DNA from: Telmatocola sphagniphila
Lineage (GTDB): Bacteria > Planctomycetota > Planctomycetia > Gemmatales > Gemmataceae
DNA length: 32,000 nucleotides
Direction: 5' to 3'
Assembly (NCBI RefSeq): GCF_018398935.1
Contig: NZ_CP074694.1
Span: 2,580,001 to 2,612,000 of the forward strand
The translations under genes were made by a program, and so were the position numbers. Below, one piece after another: positions 24,794-32,000 of this stretch. Below the pieces are notes generated by a model, which saw nothing but the letters and a program-made list of their open reading frames with translations, ran no database searches and was not told the origin of the DNA. Each line of letters begins with the position of its first letter. The first letter of the stretch is position 1.

Positions 24794-26608
24794 ATGACGC
24801 TACTGCTAACGGCCCGGGAGATTTCCAAGAGCTACGCCCACAAGTCGCTCTTCACTCACCTCAACATCGATCTGCGCGCCGGGGAAAAGATCGGACTCAT
24901 CGGCCCCAACGGAGCCGGGAAATCGACCCTGCTCAAGATCCTCGCGGGCCTGGAAACGGCCGATGAGGGCGAACGAACCCTCCGTCGGGGGTCTCGTGTT
25001 GGCTACCTCGCCCAGGACGATGTTTTCCCCCCCAACCAGACCTGCGAAGAAGTGGTGATCGCTGGCCTGGCCAACGATAATCTCGAAGAACACGAAAAAA
25101 GCACCCGGGCAGCCATCGCTCTTACGCAAGTTGGTTTCGCCGACACAGAACAAAAAGCGGAAACTCTCTCCGGCGGCTGGCGTAAACGGCTCTCCATGGC
25201 TCGCGAACTGGCCCGCCAACCCGATTTCCTGCTCATGGACGAACCGACCAACCACCTCGATCTGCCGGGGGTAATCTGGCTCGAAAAATTGCTCCGTTCA
25301 GCCTCCTTCGGCTATCTGGCCGCCACACACGACCGGGCTTTTCTGCGAGCCATTGCCGATGAGGTGATTGAAATCAATCGCAGCTATCCAGAAGGCGTTT
25401 TCCGGGTTGCAGGCTGCTACGACGATTTCGCCGAAAAAAAAGAAGCTTTTCTGGAAGCCCAGGAAAAGTTCCGCGACGCCGTAGCCAATCAAGTCCGCCG
25501 GGAAACCGACTGGCTCGGCCACAAAGCCCGGGCCCGGACTCGCAAAGCCAGCTCCCGAATTCAAGCAGCGGCCGACCGACGCGAACAACTCTCGGAACTC
25601 AACTATCGGACGGCCTCCCAACAATCGGCGGGTATCGATTTTGCCGCGACCGGCCGACAGACCAAAAAACTGCTGACCGCTACCGGAATATCCAAATCCC
25701 TGGGTGGGAAAAAGCTTTTCTCAAATTTGGATGTGATGTTGATTCCTGGTATGAAACTGGGACTCCTTGGGGCCAACGGCAGCGGCAAAAGCACGATCTT
25801 GAAGATCATTGCCGGGCAAATGGAATCGGATACCGGCACCGTGGTTCGGGCCGAAGGTCTTAGAACAGAAGTTTTTGAGCAAGGCCGATCTTCCCTCGAT
25901 CTTTCCCTTTCTCTACGAAAGTCACTCACTCCGAACAGCGACACCGTGATGTTTCGCGATCAGCCGGTGCATGTGGCGAGTTGGGCCCGACGGTTTTTGT
26001 TTTCCCCCGAACAGTTGGAACTGGAATTGAGTGCCTTTTCCGGCGGCGAGCAAGCCCGAGTCCGGCTGGCTCAGTTGATGCTCCGGCCCGCCGATATTCT
26101 GCTCCTGGATGAACCGACGAACGATCTCGATATCCCTGCACTGGAGATGCTCGAGGAAAATCTCGAAGAATTTCCGGGGGCGTTGGTCATGGTCAGCCAC
26201 GACCGGGATCTGCTCGACCGGATCTGCACGGAAGTGATCGGCCTGGATGGCCTGGGTAACGCGGCTGCCTACGGCAGTGTCGATCAATGGCTGAAAGTTT
26301 ATGAAAAAGCCCAATCTGCGATAAAAACGGAAGCAAACAAGGCGGCCAGCAAGGCTGCAAGTAGCTCCTCTTCGAGCAAAAGCAAAAAGCTGAGCTACAA
26401 GGAACAGCAGGAATTCGACGGTATTGAAGCGAAGATTCTGCAAGCGGAGCAGAATGTCGCCGTTCGCGAGGCCGAGGTGGAGAAAGCCTCCAATTCCGGC
26501 CATGCCGTATTGAATGACGCCTGCAAGCAATTGGAAGAAGCCCAACGAGCAGTGGAAAAGCTTTATGCCCGCTGGTCGGAGCTGGAAGCGAAGAAAAACT
26601 CGGGCTGA
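24794..26608 (+). CDS. uup: ABC-F family ATPase (two ABC domains, no TM), Uup-like with C-terminal coiled coil
   Basis: Two Walker A motifs (GPNGAGKST, GANGSGKST), two signature motifs (LSGGWRKR, FSGGEQAR) and two Walker B motifs (LLMDEPTNHLD, LLLDEPTNDLD). The C-terminal tail KSKKLSYKEQQEF...LYARWSELEAKKNSG parallels the E. coli Uup C-terminus. ATG 24794 is preferred over the tracked 24728. The symbol is by resemblance only. Confidence 0.9.
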   Translation: MTLLLTAREISKSYAHKSLFTHLNIDLRAGEKIGLIGPNGAGKSTLLKILAGLETADEGERTLRRGSRVGYLAQDDVFPPNQTCEEVVIAGLANDNLEEHEKSTRAAIALTQVGFADTEQKAETLSGGWRKRLSMARELARQPDFLLMDEPTNHLDLPGVIWLEKLLRSASFGYLAATHDRAFLRAIADEVIEINRSYPEGVFRVAGCYDDFAEKKEAFLEAQEKFRDAVANQVRRETDWLGHKARARTRKASSRIQAAADRREQLSELNYRTASQQSAGIDFAATGRQTKKLLTATGISKSLGGKKLFSNLDVMLIPGMKLGLLGANGSGKSTILKIIAGQMESDTGTVVRAEGLRTEVFEQGRSSLDLSLSLRKSLTPNSDTVMFRDQPVHVASWARRFLFSPEQLELELSAFSGGEQARVRLAQLMLRPADILLLDEPTNDLDIPALEMLEENLEEFPGALVMVSHDRDLLDRICTEVIGLDGLGNAAAYGSVDQWLKVYEKAQSAIKTEANKAASKAASSSSSSKSKKLSYKEQQEFDGIEAKILQAEQNVAVREAEVEKASNSGHAVLNDACKQLEEAQRAVEKLYARWSELEAKKNSG

Positions 26609-26646
26609 TGGGTTTGATGTTTTTTAGAAGTTTTTAGAAGTCATAT

Positions 26647-26732
26647 AACCGCAGAGCACGCCGAGGGCGCAGAGAATAACCGTTAGAGATTTTTTTTTCA
26701 CCACAGAGTACACCGAGAGCACTGAGAGTAAC
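26647..26732 (+). repeat. two isolated 9-nt-periodic CACNGAG-type modules (diverged partial unit preceding the array)
   Basis: The modules are aacCGCAGAGcacGCCGAGggcGCAGAGaataac (26647-26680) and caCCACAGAGtaCACCGAGagCACTGAGagtaac (26699-26732), separated by a T9 run (26690-26698). A direct repeat TTTTTAGAAG x2 at 26621-26640 precedes them. Confidence 0.8.
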
Positions 26733-26773
26733 TTCTCTTCGTTATATATTTGCTGCGTGATCAGCCGCTTCTC

Positions 26774-28085
26774 TGTTGAAAATGCTCTGCATTTTCAACG
26801 ACTTACAAGAACTATCCCCCAGCCACAGAATCCCCTCCGTGTTCTCCGTGCCCTCTGTGGTTAAAATCCTTCAATCACAACAACGTTAGAGACACGCATC
26901 GAAACCGGAACCACTCCCCCCTCCGTCCACTTTTTTCCTTCTCACCTCTGCGAACTCTGCGGCTTCAGTCTTTCTCAAAACTTTTACCACCGAGAGCACA
27001 GAGAGCACAGAGAGCACAGAGAGTCGCCTCGTTCCGCGGCCAGGCTTCCCACACTCTCAATGCCCTCTGTTGAAAATGCTCTGCATTTTCAACGACTTAC
27101 AAGAACTATTCCCCAATCACAGAATCCCCTCCGTGTTCTCCGTGCCCTCTGTGGTTAAAATCCTTCAATCACAACAACGTTAGAGACACGCATCGAAACC
27201 GGAACCACTCCCCCCTCCGTCCACTTTTTTCCTTCTCACCTCTGCGAACTCTGCGAACTCTGCGGTTTCAGTCTTTCTCAAAACTTTTACCACCGAGAGC
27301 ACAGAGAGTCGCCTCGTTTCGCGGCCGTGCTTCCCACACTCTCAATGCCCTCTGATGAAAATGCTCTGCATTTTCAACGACTTACAAAATCTATTCCCCA
27401 GCCACAGAACCCCTCACTGCTCTCGGTGCCCTCTGTGGTTAAAATCCTTCAATCCCAACAACGTTAGAGAAACGCATCGAAACCGGCGCCACTCCCCCCT
27501 CCGTCCACTTTTTTCCTTCTCACCTCTGCGAACTCTGCGAACTCTGCGGTTTCAGTCTTTCTCAAAACTTTTACCACCGAGAACACAGAGAGCACAGAGA
27601 GTCGCCTCGCTTCGCGGCCATGCGTCCCACACTCTCAATGCCCTCTGTTGAAAATGCTCTGCATTTTCAACGACTTACAAAATCTATTCCCCAATCACAG
27701 AATCCCCTCCGTGTTCTCCGTGCCCTCTGTGGTTAAAATCCTTCAATCCCAACAACGTTAGAGAAACGCATCGAAACCGGAACCACTCCCCCCTCCGTCC
27801 ACTTTTTTCCTTCTCACCTCTGCGAACTCTGCGAACTCTGCGGTTTCAGTCTTTCTCAAAACTTTTACCACCGAGAACACCGAGAGCACAGAGAGTCGCC
27901 TCGTTTCGCGGCCGTGCTTCCCACACTCTCAATGCCCTCTGTTGAAAATGCTCTGCATTTTCAACGACTTACAAAATCTATTCCCCAGCCACAGAACCCC
28001 TCACTGCTCTCGGTGCCCTCTGTGGTTAAAATCCTTCAATCCCAACAACGTTAGAGAAACGCATCGAAACCGGAACCAGTCCCCG
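26774..28085 (+). repeat. non-coding tandem array, ~294-bp unit x 4.5
   Basis: The unit start TGTTGAAAATGCTCTGCATTTTCAACGACTTACAA occurs at 26774, 27068, 27353 (TGATG variant), 27646 and 27940. The periods are 294, 285, 293 and 294 bp. The last unit is truncated near 28085, where similarity ends (ggaaccaCtcccccctcc versus ggaaccaGtccccggcgg). Confidence 0.92.
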
Positions 28086-28263
28086 GCGGATCGTCTTCTT
28101 CCTGCACTCCCAACGACCTCCGTGGTATCCGATTTGAGAAATACAGTTAACCGCCTTAAGTTCTCCTCTTTCTGTCTGCCTTTTGCTAACGAAGTTCCGT
28201 AAATTCTCAAAGGGGGCCGATTCCCGGAATTTATCTTGTATTCCTCGCCAAGAAAGGTCTGAA

Positions 28264-29910
28264 ATGCTAGTTTATCGTCGGTTAGCTCTACCCGTACTCT
28301 GCTTATGGGGGTTGTTCGCTTCCACCAGCAAACTCCCAGCACAAGAAGCCGCCAAAACTGGCCCCTTTTCCATCGACCGAATCAAAACCGATGTGAAATA
28401 TCTCTCCAGCGATCTCCTCCAGGGTCGCGGCGTCGGCACTCGCGGCGAAGAACTGGCCACCGATTATATTGCTGAGCAGTTCAAGAAGGCCGGCTTGAAG
28501 CCCATGGTTGGCAAAGCGTCCTATTTCCAGCCGGTGCCATTAGTTACCGTCACAACCACACCCACAACGACTCTCAGCTTCAGCAAGGGAAACGATATTA
28601 CTCTGCTGAAGCTCGAGGACGAATTTGCTGGGATGAGTTACAGCCAGAAAGATGAAGATTTCGAAGCCGAAGCTATTTTCGTCGGGCATGGGATTACTGC
28701 CCCGGAATTCGACTGGGATGATTACAAGGATGTCGATGTAAAAGGCAAAGTAGTGGTGCTGTTCACCAACGAACCACCTTCGGACGATCCCAAATTCTTC
28801 GCCGGCAAAGCCCTCACCTACTATGGCCGGTGGACTTACAAATACGAGGAAGCCACCCGCCGTGGTGCCAAAGCCGCCCTGATTATTCACACGGCCGAAA
28901 CCGCCGGTTACCCTTATGGCGTGGTGAAGAAACTGACCGGCGCCCAGATCCAGCACGAAGAAAATGCACCCGCCCTGGCCTTTGCCGGTTGGCTATCCTC
29001 GACTGCAGGCGACAAAGTTCTGGGTAGCATTGGCCTGAATGTCGACACGGCCTTGAAACAGGCCAATACCAAAGGTTTCAAAGCGAAAAGCCTGGGGATC
29101 ACGGTCAAGGGACACATCGCCAGCACCGTCAAGAAGGTCTCTTCCAAAAACGTGGTGGGTCTTGTCGAAGGCAGCGATCCCGAACTGAAATCGGAGATCG
29201 TTCTATTCACGGCCCACTGGGATCATCTCGGTGTGGGCAAATCCTCGGTCGGCGGCGAAGCGATCTTCAACGGAGCACTGGATAACGCTTCGGGTTGTGG
29301 CATCCTCATCGAAATGGCCCGTACCTGGGCCTCCCTGAATCCCAAACCGAAACGCTCGGCCCTGTTCCTGGCGACGACGGCCGAGGAAAGCGGATTGCTC
29401 GGGGCTTTATACTACTCCCAACATCCGCTTATTCCTCTGGGCCGCACGGCCATGAACTTCAATTTCGACACAGTCTCCCCTATTGGGGAACCCGAATCGA
29501 TTGTGCTCAGCGGCGCGGAAAGAACCACCAGCTGGTCGATCCTGCAAAATATCGCTGCTAAGCACCATCTGGAAATCGAACCCGACAAGCGCAGCCATCT
29601 GGGCTACTATTACCGGTCGGATCACTTCGCCATGGCTCGAGGGGGCGTACCGGCTTTCTCCGTGGGTCGTGGGGAGAAAATTAAAGGTAAGCCAGCCGAT
29701 TTCGCCAAGAAAGCCAGTGAAGATTTCATTGCGAACATTTATCACAGCCCGAACGACAAATACAAAGAAGAGTGGGATTTCACCGGCTACCCGGTGCTGA
29801 TGGGATTCGCTTTGGATGCCGCGAAGGAAATTGCCAACGCCAAGTCGATGCCGACCTGGAATCCGGGAGATGAGTTCCTGGAGGCTCGAATCAAGAGCGG
29901 CGTCAAATAA
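28264..29910 (+). CDS. secreted M28-family zinc aminopeptidase with PA (protease-associated) domain
   Basis: Signal peptide MLVYRRLALPVLCLWGLFASTSKLPAQEA. The PA-domain-like segment includes VKGKVVVLF. The M28 metal-ligand blocks are FTAHWDHLG, NGALDNASGCGILIEMAR, LATTAEESGLLGA and YHSPNDK. ATG 28264 is preferred over the tracked TTG 28183. Confidence 0.9.
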   Translation: MLVYRRLALPVLCLWGLFASTSKLPAQEAAKTGPFSIDRIKTDVKYLSSDLLQGRGVGTRGEELATDYIAEQFKKAGLKPMVGKASYFQPVPLVTVTTTPTTTLSFSKGNDITLLKLEDEFAGMSYSQKDEDFEAEAIFVGHGITAPEFDWDDYKDVDVKGKVVVLFTNEPPSDDPKFFAGKALTYYGRWTYKYEEATRRGAKAALIIHTAETAGYPYGVVKKLTGAQIQHEENAPALAFAGWLSSTAGDKVLGSIGLNVDTALKQANTKGFKAKSLGITVKGHIASTVKKVSSKNVVGLVEGSDPELKSEIVLFTAHWDHLGVGKSSVGGEAIFNGALDNASGCGILIEMARTWASLNPKPKRSALFLATTAEESGLLGALYYSQHPLIPLGRTAMNFNFDTVSPIGEPESIVLSGAERTTSWSILQNIAAKHHLEIEPDKRSHLGYYYRSDHFAMARGGVPAFSVGRGEKIKGKPADFAKKASEDFIANIYHSPNDKYKEEWDFTGYPVLMGFALDAAKEIANAKSMPTWNPGDEFLEARIKSGVK

Positions 29911-31143
29911 TCAGGAACCGAGGAAAGGCACTGGCAACAGGAAGGCGTGTTGTTCGTAGAGCGTAACAACACCATTCCAGCTGGTGTATTGCGAGAAGAA
30001 AACGACGAGAACGTAAACTCCAGCAATCGGTAAAAGCGGAATCCGCCCCGTCCAGCGGAAGAACCAGTGCCGGGGTTGCGTTCGCCGATTGGCCAATCCC
30101 ACCGCCCAACCCATGAAAAGCCTGGCCGGGAAGATGAAGAGCATGAAGATCAACGCCGGGAGCCAGCGGGTCTCACGCGGCAAGGCTTCCACTTTTAACA
30201 AATAAAGCGGCAACGCGAACAACAGGGTTAGAAAAAACGCCAAGGTGAAGGCCCACGGGGCGTTTCGATACGTTCGTCTAACGGCCCGCAATTCAAACAT
30301 CGCACTAAAGCGATTTTCTGAGGCCAGCCGCAATTGCAACAGGGGCAGATAGAGAATCACCAAGGCAAGTAACAACCCACCGACGACTCCGACAAAAGGA
30401 GCCGCTTTGAAATGGGCATGTCCCATGGCCAGCAGCGTGACCGGTATAAACAGCCAGACGAAGGCTCCGGCAAAGCCGCGCAGTCCCAGCCAGAAAAAGT
30501 ACGGCAGTCGGAGCGAAATGACAAAGTCCCAAGTGGCGTCACGTGCCCGGGCGTAGCTATCCCCCCGGCGAAGTTCTCGCATCACCGAGAGGAAATTGAA
30601 CGGCCAAAGAAAGTAACGCAGTTTGCCGCCGCGAGCAATGGCCATGGCGATGTGAACAGCGGTTAAGGCCGCGAGAAGATACACACCCATCCGCCAATCG
30701 GCTGCTTTACGACTCCCCGGATTGATAATCTCGGCACTAATCGCAATATCGCTCAAAAACCGGATCGGTAGCACCAGTAGCCAGCTAGCCGCTACCGCAA
30801 TCCCCAAACGACTGGCCAGACGAATACCGATAAAGCCATCGCGAATCCGGCCGCTACGACTGATGCGGGCCGCCGATTCAAGCATGTATCCGAGGCTCAA
30901 AAATTGCAGAATGGGAATCGCTGCCAGAAAGGCCAAGGCCACCAGCATGGAAACGAGGCCAAAAATCCACTGCACCCCATGGACGAATACCTTCAGAACC
31001 GAGCTAGGTGGGGAAGATTTTTTTTCGATAGGGTCTTCGAGAGTGACTTCCGGGGGCGAATCGAGCCAGACCATTCGAGAATCCAGCACAGGCGGCCGAG
31101 TGCCCGCAACGGAGGATTCAGGAATCGGTGGTCGGCTTTGCAT
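29911..31143 (-). CDS. polytopic inner-membrane protein (at least 8 hydrophobic helices), family not recognised
   Basis: Long hydrophobic segments include WIFGLVSMLVALAFLAAIPILQFL, GIAVAASWLLVLPI, VYLLAALTAVHIAMAIA, FAGAFVWLFIPVTLLAMG, VVGGLLLALVILYLPLL, FTLAFFLTLLFALPLYLL, LPALIFMLFIFPARLF and LLPIAGVYVLVVFF. I prefer ATG 31143 (MQSRPPIPE...) because the tracked start 31350 would overlap the divergent DUF1549 gene by ~90 nt. Confidence 0.75.
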   Translation of the reverse strand: MQSRPPIPESSVAGTRPPVLDSRMVWLDSPPEVTLEDPIEKKSSPPSSVLKVFVHGVQWIFGLVSMLVALAFLAAIPILQFLSLGYMLESAARISRSGRIRDGFIGIRLASRLGIAVAASWLLVLPIRFLSDIAISAEIINPGSRKAADWRMGVYLLAALTAVHIAMAIARGGKLRYFLWPFNFLSVMRELRRGDSYARARDATWDFVISLRLPYFFWLGLRGFAGAFVWLFIPVTLLAMGHAHFKAAPFVGVVGGLLLALVILYLPLLQLRLASENRFSAMFELRAVRRTYRNAPWAFTLAFFLTLLFALPLYLLKVEALPRETRWLPALIFMLFIFPARLFMGWAVGLANRRTQPRHWFFRWTGRIPLLPIAGVYVLVVFFSQYTSWNGVVTLYEQHAFLLPVPFLGS

Positions 31144-31261
31144 GAAAAATATTACCTTCGCTCCCGGCCGAGGTTTCAGAAAAACTAAATTCCGCGGAAC
31201 GAAACCGGAAGAGATTTTCAATGGTAGTATACTTTCAGACAACTCTGGGGAGGTGTTCCCG

Positions 31262-32000
31262 ATGTGGCTGAAGAATCTGTTATTTCTGGGCTTACTGGCG
31301 GGCGGCGGACTGACGCTGGCCGCTAATCTGCTGCCGCCCCGGCATGGCAAAGCGCTATCGAACTATCATCCGGAAGCCTATAAGACAGCCGATTTTCAAA
31401 ATACCGTTCACAACGTAGACGGTTCGTTTCGCAAGTTATGGGAAGCGGAGAAAATTCAACCGACTACTCCCGCGACCAATCTCGCTATCGCCCGCCGTTT
31501 ATCCCTCGGCCTGATGGGAACCCTTCCTTCCCTCGAAGAAATTCGCCAGTTCGAATCTCTGCCAACCGAAGAGCAGATTCCCTGGTGGATCGACCATATC
31601 CTGCAGGATCGCCGCTATGCCGACTATTTTGCGGAACGGTTGACCCGGGCGGTGGTCGGCACGGAGGATGGGCCTTTCATTTTCTTTCGCCGTCGCAAAT
31701 TCGTCTCCTGGCTCGCCGATGAGGTTTTTCAAAATCGCCCGTACGATCAAATCGTTCGGCAGTTGATCGCCAGCGAAGGCATCTGGACCGACAAACCAGC
31801 CACCAACTTCATCAGCGTCACCATTGAGCCGGAAAAACAGAATCAGCCGAACCCGGTGCGAATCGCCGGCCGAGTGACCCGCGCTTTCCTGGGAATTCGA
31901 CTCGATTGTGCCCAGTGCCATAACCATCCTTTCGCCGAATGGAAACAGGCCGATTTTGAGGGCTTTGCCGCCTTCTTCGGCCAGACCCATGTGAGTCTGC
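31262..32000 (+). CDS. DUF1549-type (planctomycete PSD1-like) protein, N-terminal part; runs off the right edge
   Basis: This ORF is not in the ORF track because it has no stop in the window. ATG 31262 is preceded by GGGGAGG. It has a signal/TM segment (MWLKNLLFLGLLAGGGLTLAA). It then has ARRLSLGLMGTLPSLEEIRQFE, ILQDRRYADYFAERLTRA and RLDCAQCHNHPFAEWKQADFEGFAAFFGQ, the hallmark DUF1549 blocks. Confidence 0.9.
   Translation, partial: MWLKNLLFLGLLAGGGLTLAANLLPPRHGKALSNYHPEAYKTADFQNTVHNVDGSFRKLWEAEKIQPTTPATNLAIARRLSLGLMGTLPSLEEIRQFESLPTEEQIPWWIDHILQDRRYADYFAERLTRAVVGTEDGPFIFFRRRKFVSWLADEVFQNRPYDQIVRQLIASEGIWTDKPATNFISVTIEPEKQNQPNPVRIAGRVTRAFLGIRLDCAQCHNHPFAEWKQADFEGFAAFFGQTHVSL

Noticed and set aside
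25922-26545. 207-aa minus-strand ORF, plus the ORFs 24806-25255 and 25298-25944, opposite the ABC-F gene.
   Set aside because: They are antisense shadows of a gene with unambiguous Walker A, Walker B and signature motifs.
26774-28085. Possible CRISPR array, suggested by the regularly spaced palindromic repeats.
   Set aside because: The sequence between the palindromes is itself repeated from unit to unit, so there are no unique spacers. The period is ~294 bp rather than ~60-75 bp, and no cas genes are nearby.
27355-28202. Tracked ORFs 27355-27651 (98 aa) and 27942-28202 (86 aa), both starting MKMLCIFNDLQNLF..., as possible repeated small proteins.
   Set aside because: They lie inside the tandem array. 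One-nt indels between units (for example actatccccc versus ctattcccc) destroy the frame in units 1, 2 and 4, where the equivalent frame stops after ~43 codons. The peptide composition (PLWLKSFNP, RTLRTLRF) is what translated CTCTGTG-type repeats produce.
29908-29913. The stop codons of the convergent M28 peptidase (+) and membrane protein (-) genes abut with no spacer.
   Set aside because: This is unusual, since it leaves no room for terminators, but it is a plain consequence of compact convergent genes. No additional structure was seen.
31144-31350. N-terminal 69-aa extension of the membrane protein (tracked start 31350).
   Set aside because: It would overlap the divergent DUF1549 gene start (31262) by ~90 nt. 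It is P/S/R-rich and non-hydrophobic. ATG 31143 leaves a normal 118-nt divergent promoter region. The longer form is not strictly excluded.
31499-31990. 163-aa minus-strand ORF at the right edge.
   Set aside because: It is antisense to the partial DUF1549 gene, whose hallmark motifs (RRLSLGLMGTLPS, CAQCHNHPF) are unmistakable.
1-32000. Search by eye for tRNA, rRNA, tmRNA, riboswitch-like leaders, reverse transcriptase (retron/DGR) or cas genes.
   Set aside because: I recognised none. The check was visual only, so a tRNAscan or Infernal run would be needed to be certain.

Overview
I read this window by hand; all coordinates were counted manually and no searches were run. It looks like a chromosomal segment of a Planctomycetota genome, possibly Gemmatales-like, with roughly 50-55% GC by eye. 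That guess rests on several families occurring together: a DUF1559/H-X9-DG prepilin-like protein, a DUF1549-type protein, a TIGR02996-like ADWLEE-domain protein, a membrane-tethered ECF sigma factor with a ~1000-aa extracytoplasmic extension, and a PEP-CTERM protein. I count about 25 protein genes and saw no rRNA, tRNA or CRISPR array. Main items: (1) 26641-28085 is a non-coding tandem array of 4.5 copies of a ~294-bp unit. Each unit has a perfect 11-bp-arm palindrome and three 9-nt-periodic CACNGAG/CTCNGTG modules in mixed orientation. It is BIME-like in logic, but I do not recognise it as a described element. (2) 640-5342 is one ~1570-codon signal-peptide/PEP-CTERM surface protein built from a 741-bp tandem module. 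It is split into three ORFs by four single-base losses in G6 tracts. (3) 13744-17490 is a single 1248-aa ORF fusing an ECF sigma factor, a TM segment, several carboxypeptidase-regulatory-like domains and a C-terminal TlpA-like CxxC thioredoxin domain, with mosaic base composition. (4) 19827-21250 is an ISL3-family IS with 18-bp inverted repeats and an 8-bp target duplication, inserted four codons before the stop of the first gene of an uncharacterised two-gene cassette. Its transposase is split at an A8 run that is also a canonical A_AAA_AAA slippery site. (5) All five frameshifts in the window are 1-nt deficits in homopolymers, so consensus error must be excluded before any biological reading. 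The rest is ordinary housekeeping or accessory genes (esterase, GH42-like hydrolase, PNPOx-family protein, HxlR/NmrA/SnoaL trio, SAM methyltransferase, E2-like acyltransferase, ABC-F ATPase, M28 peptidase).
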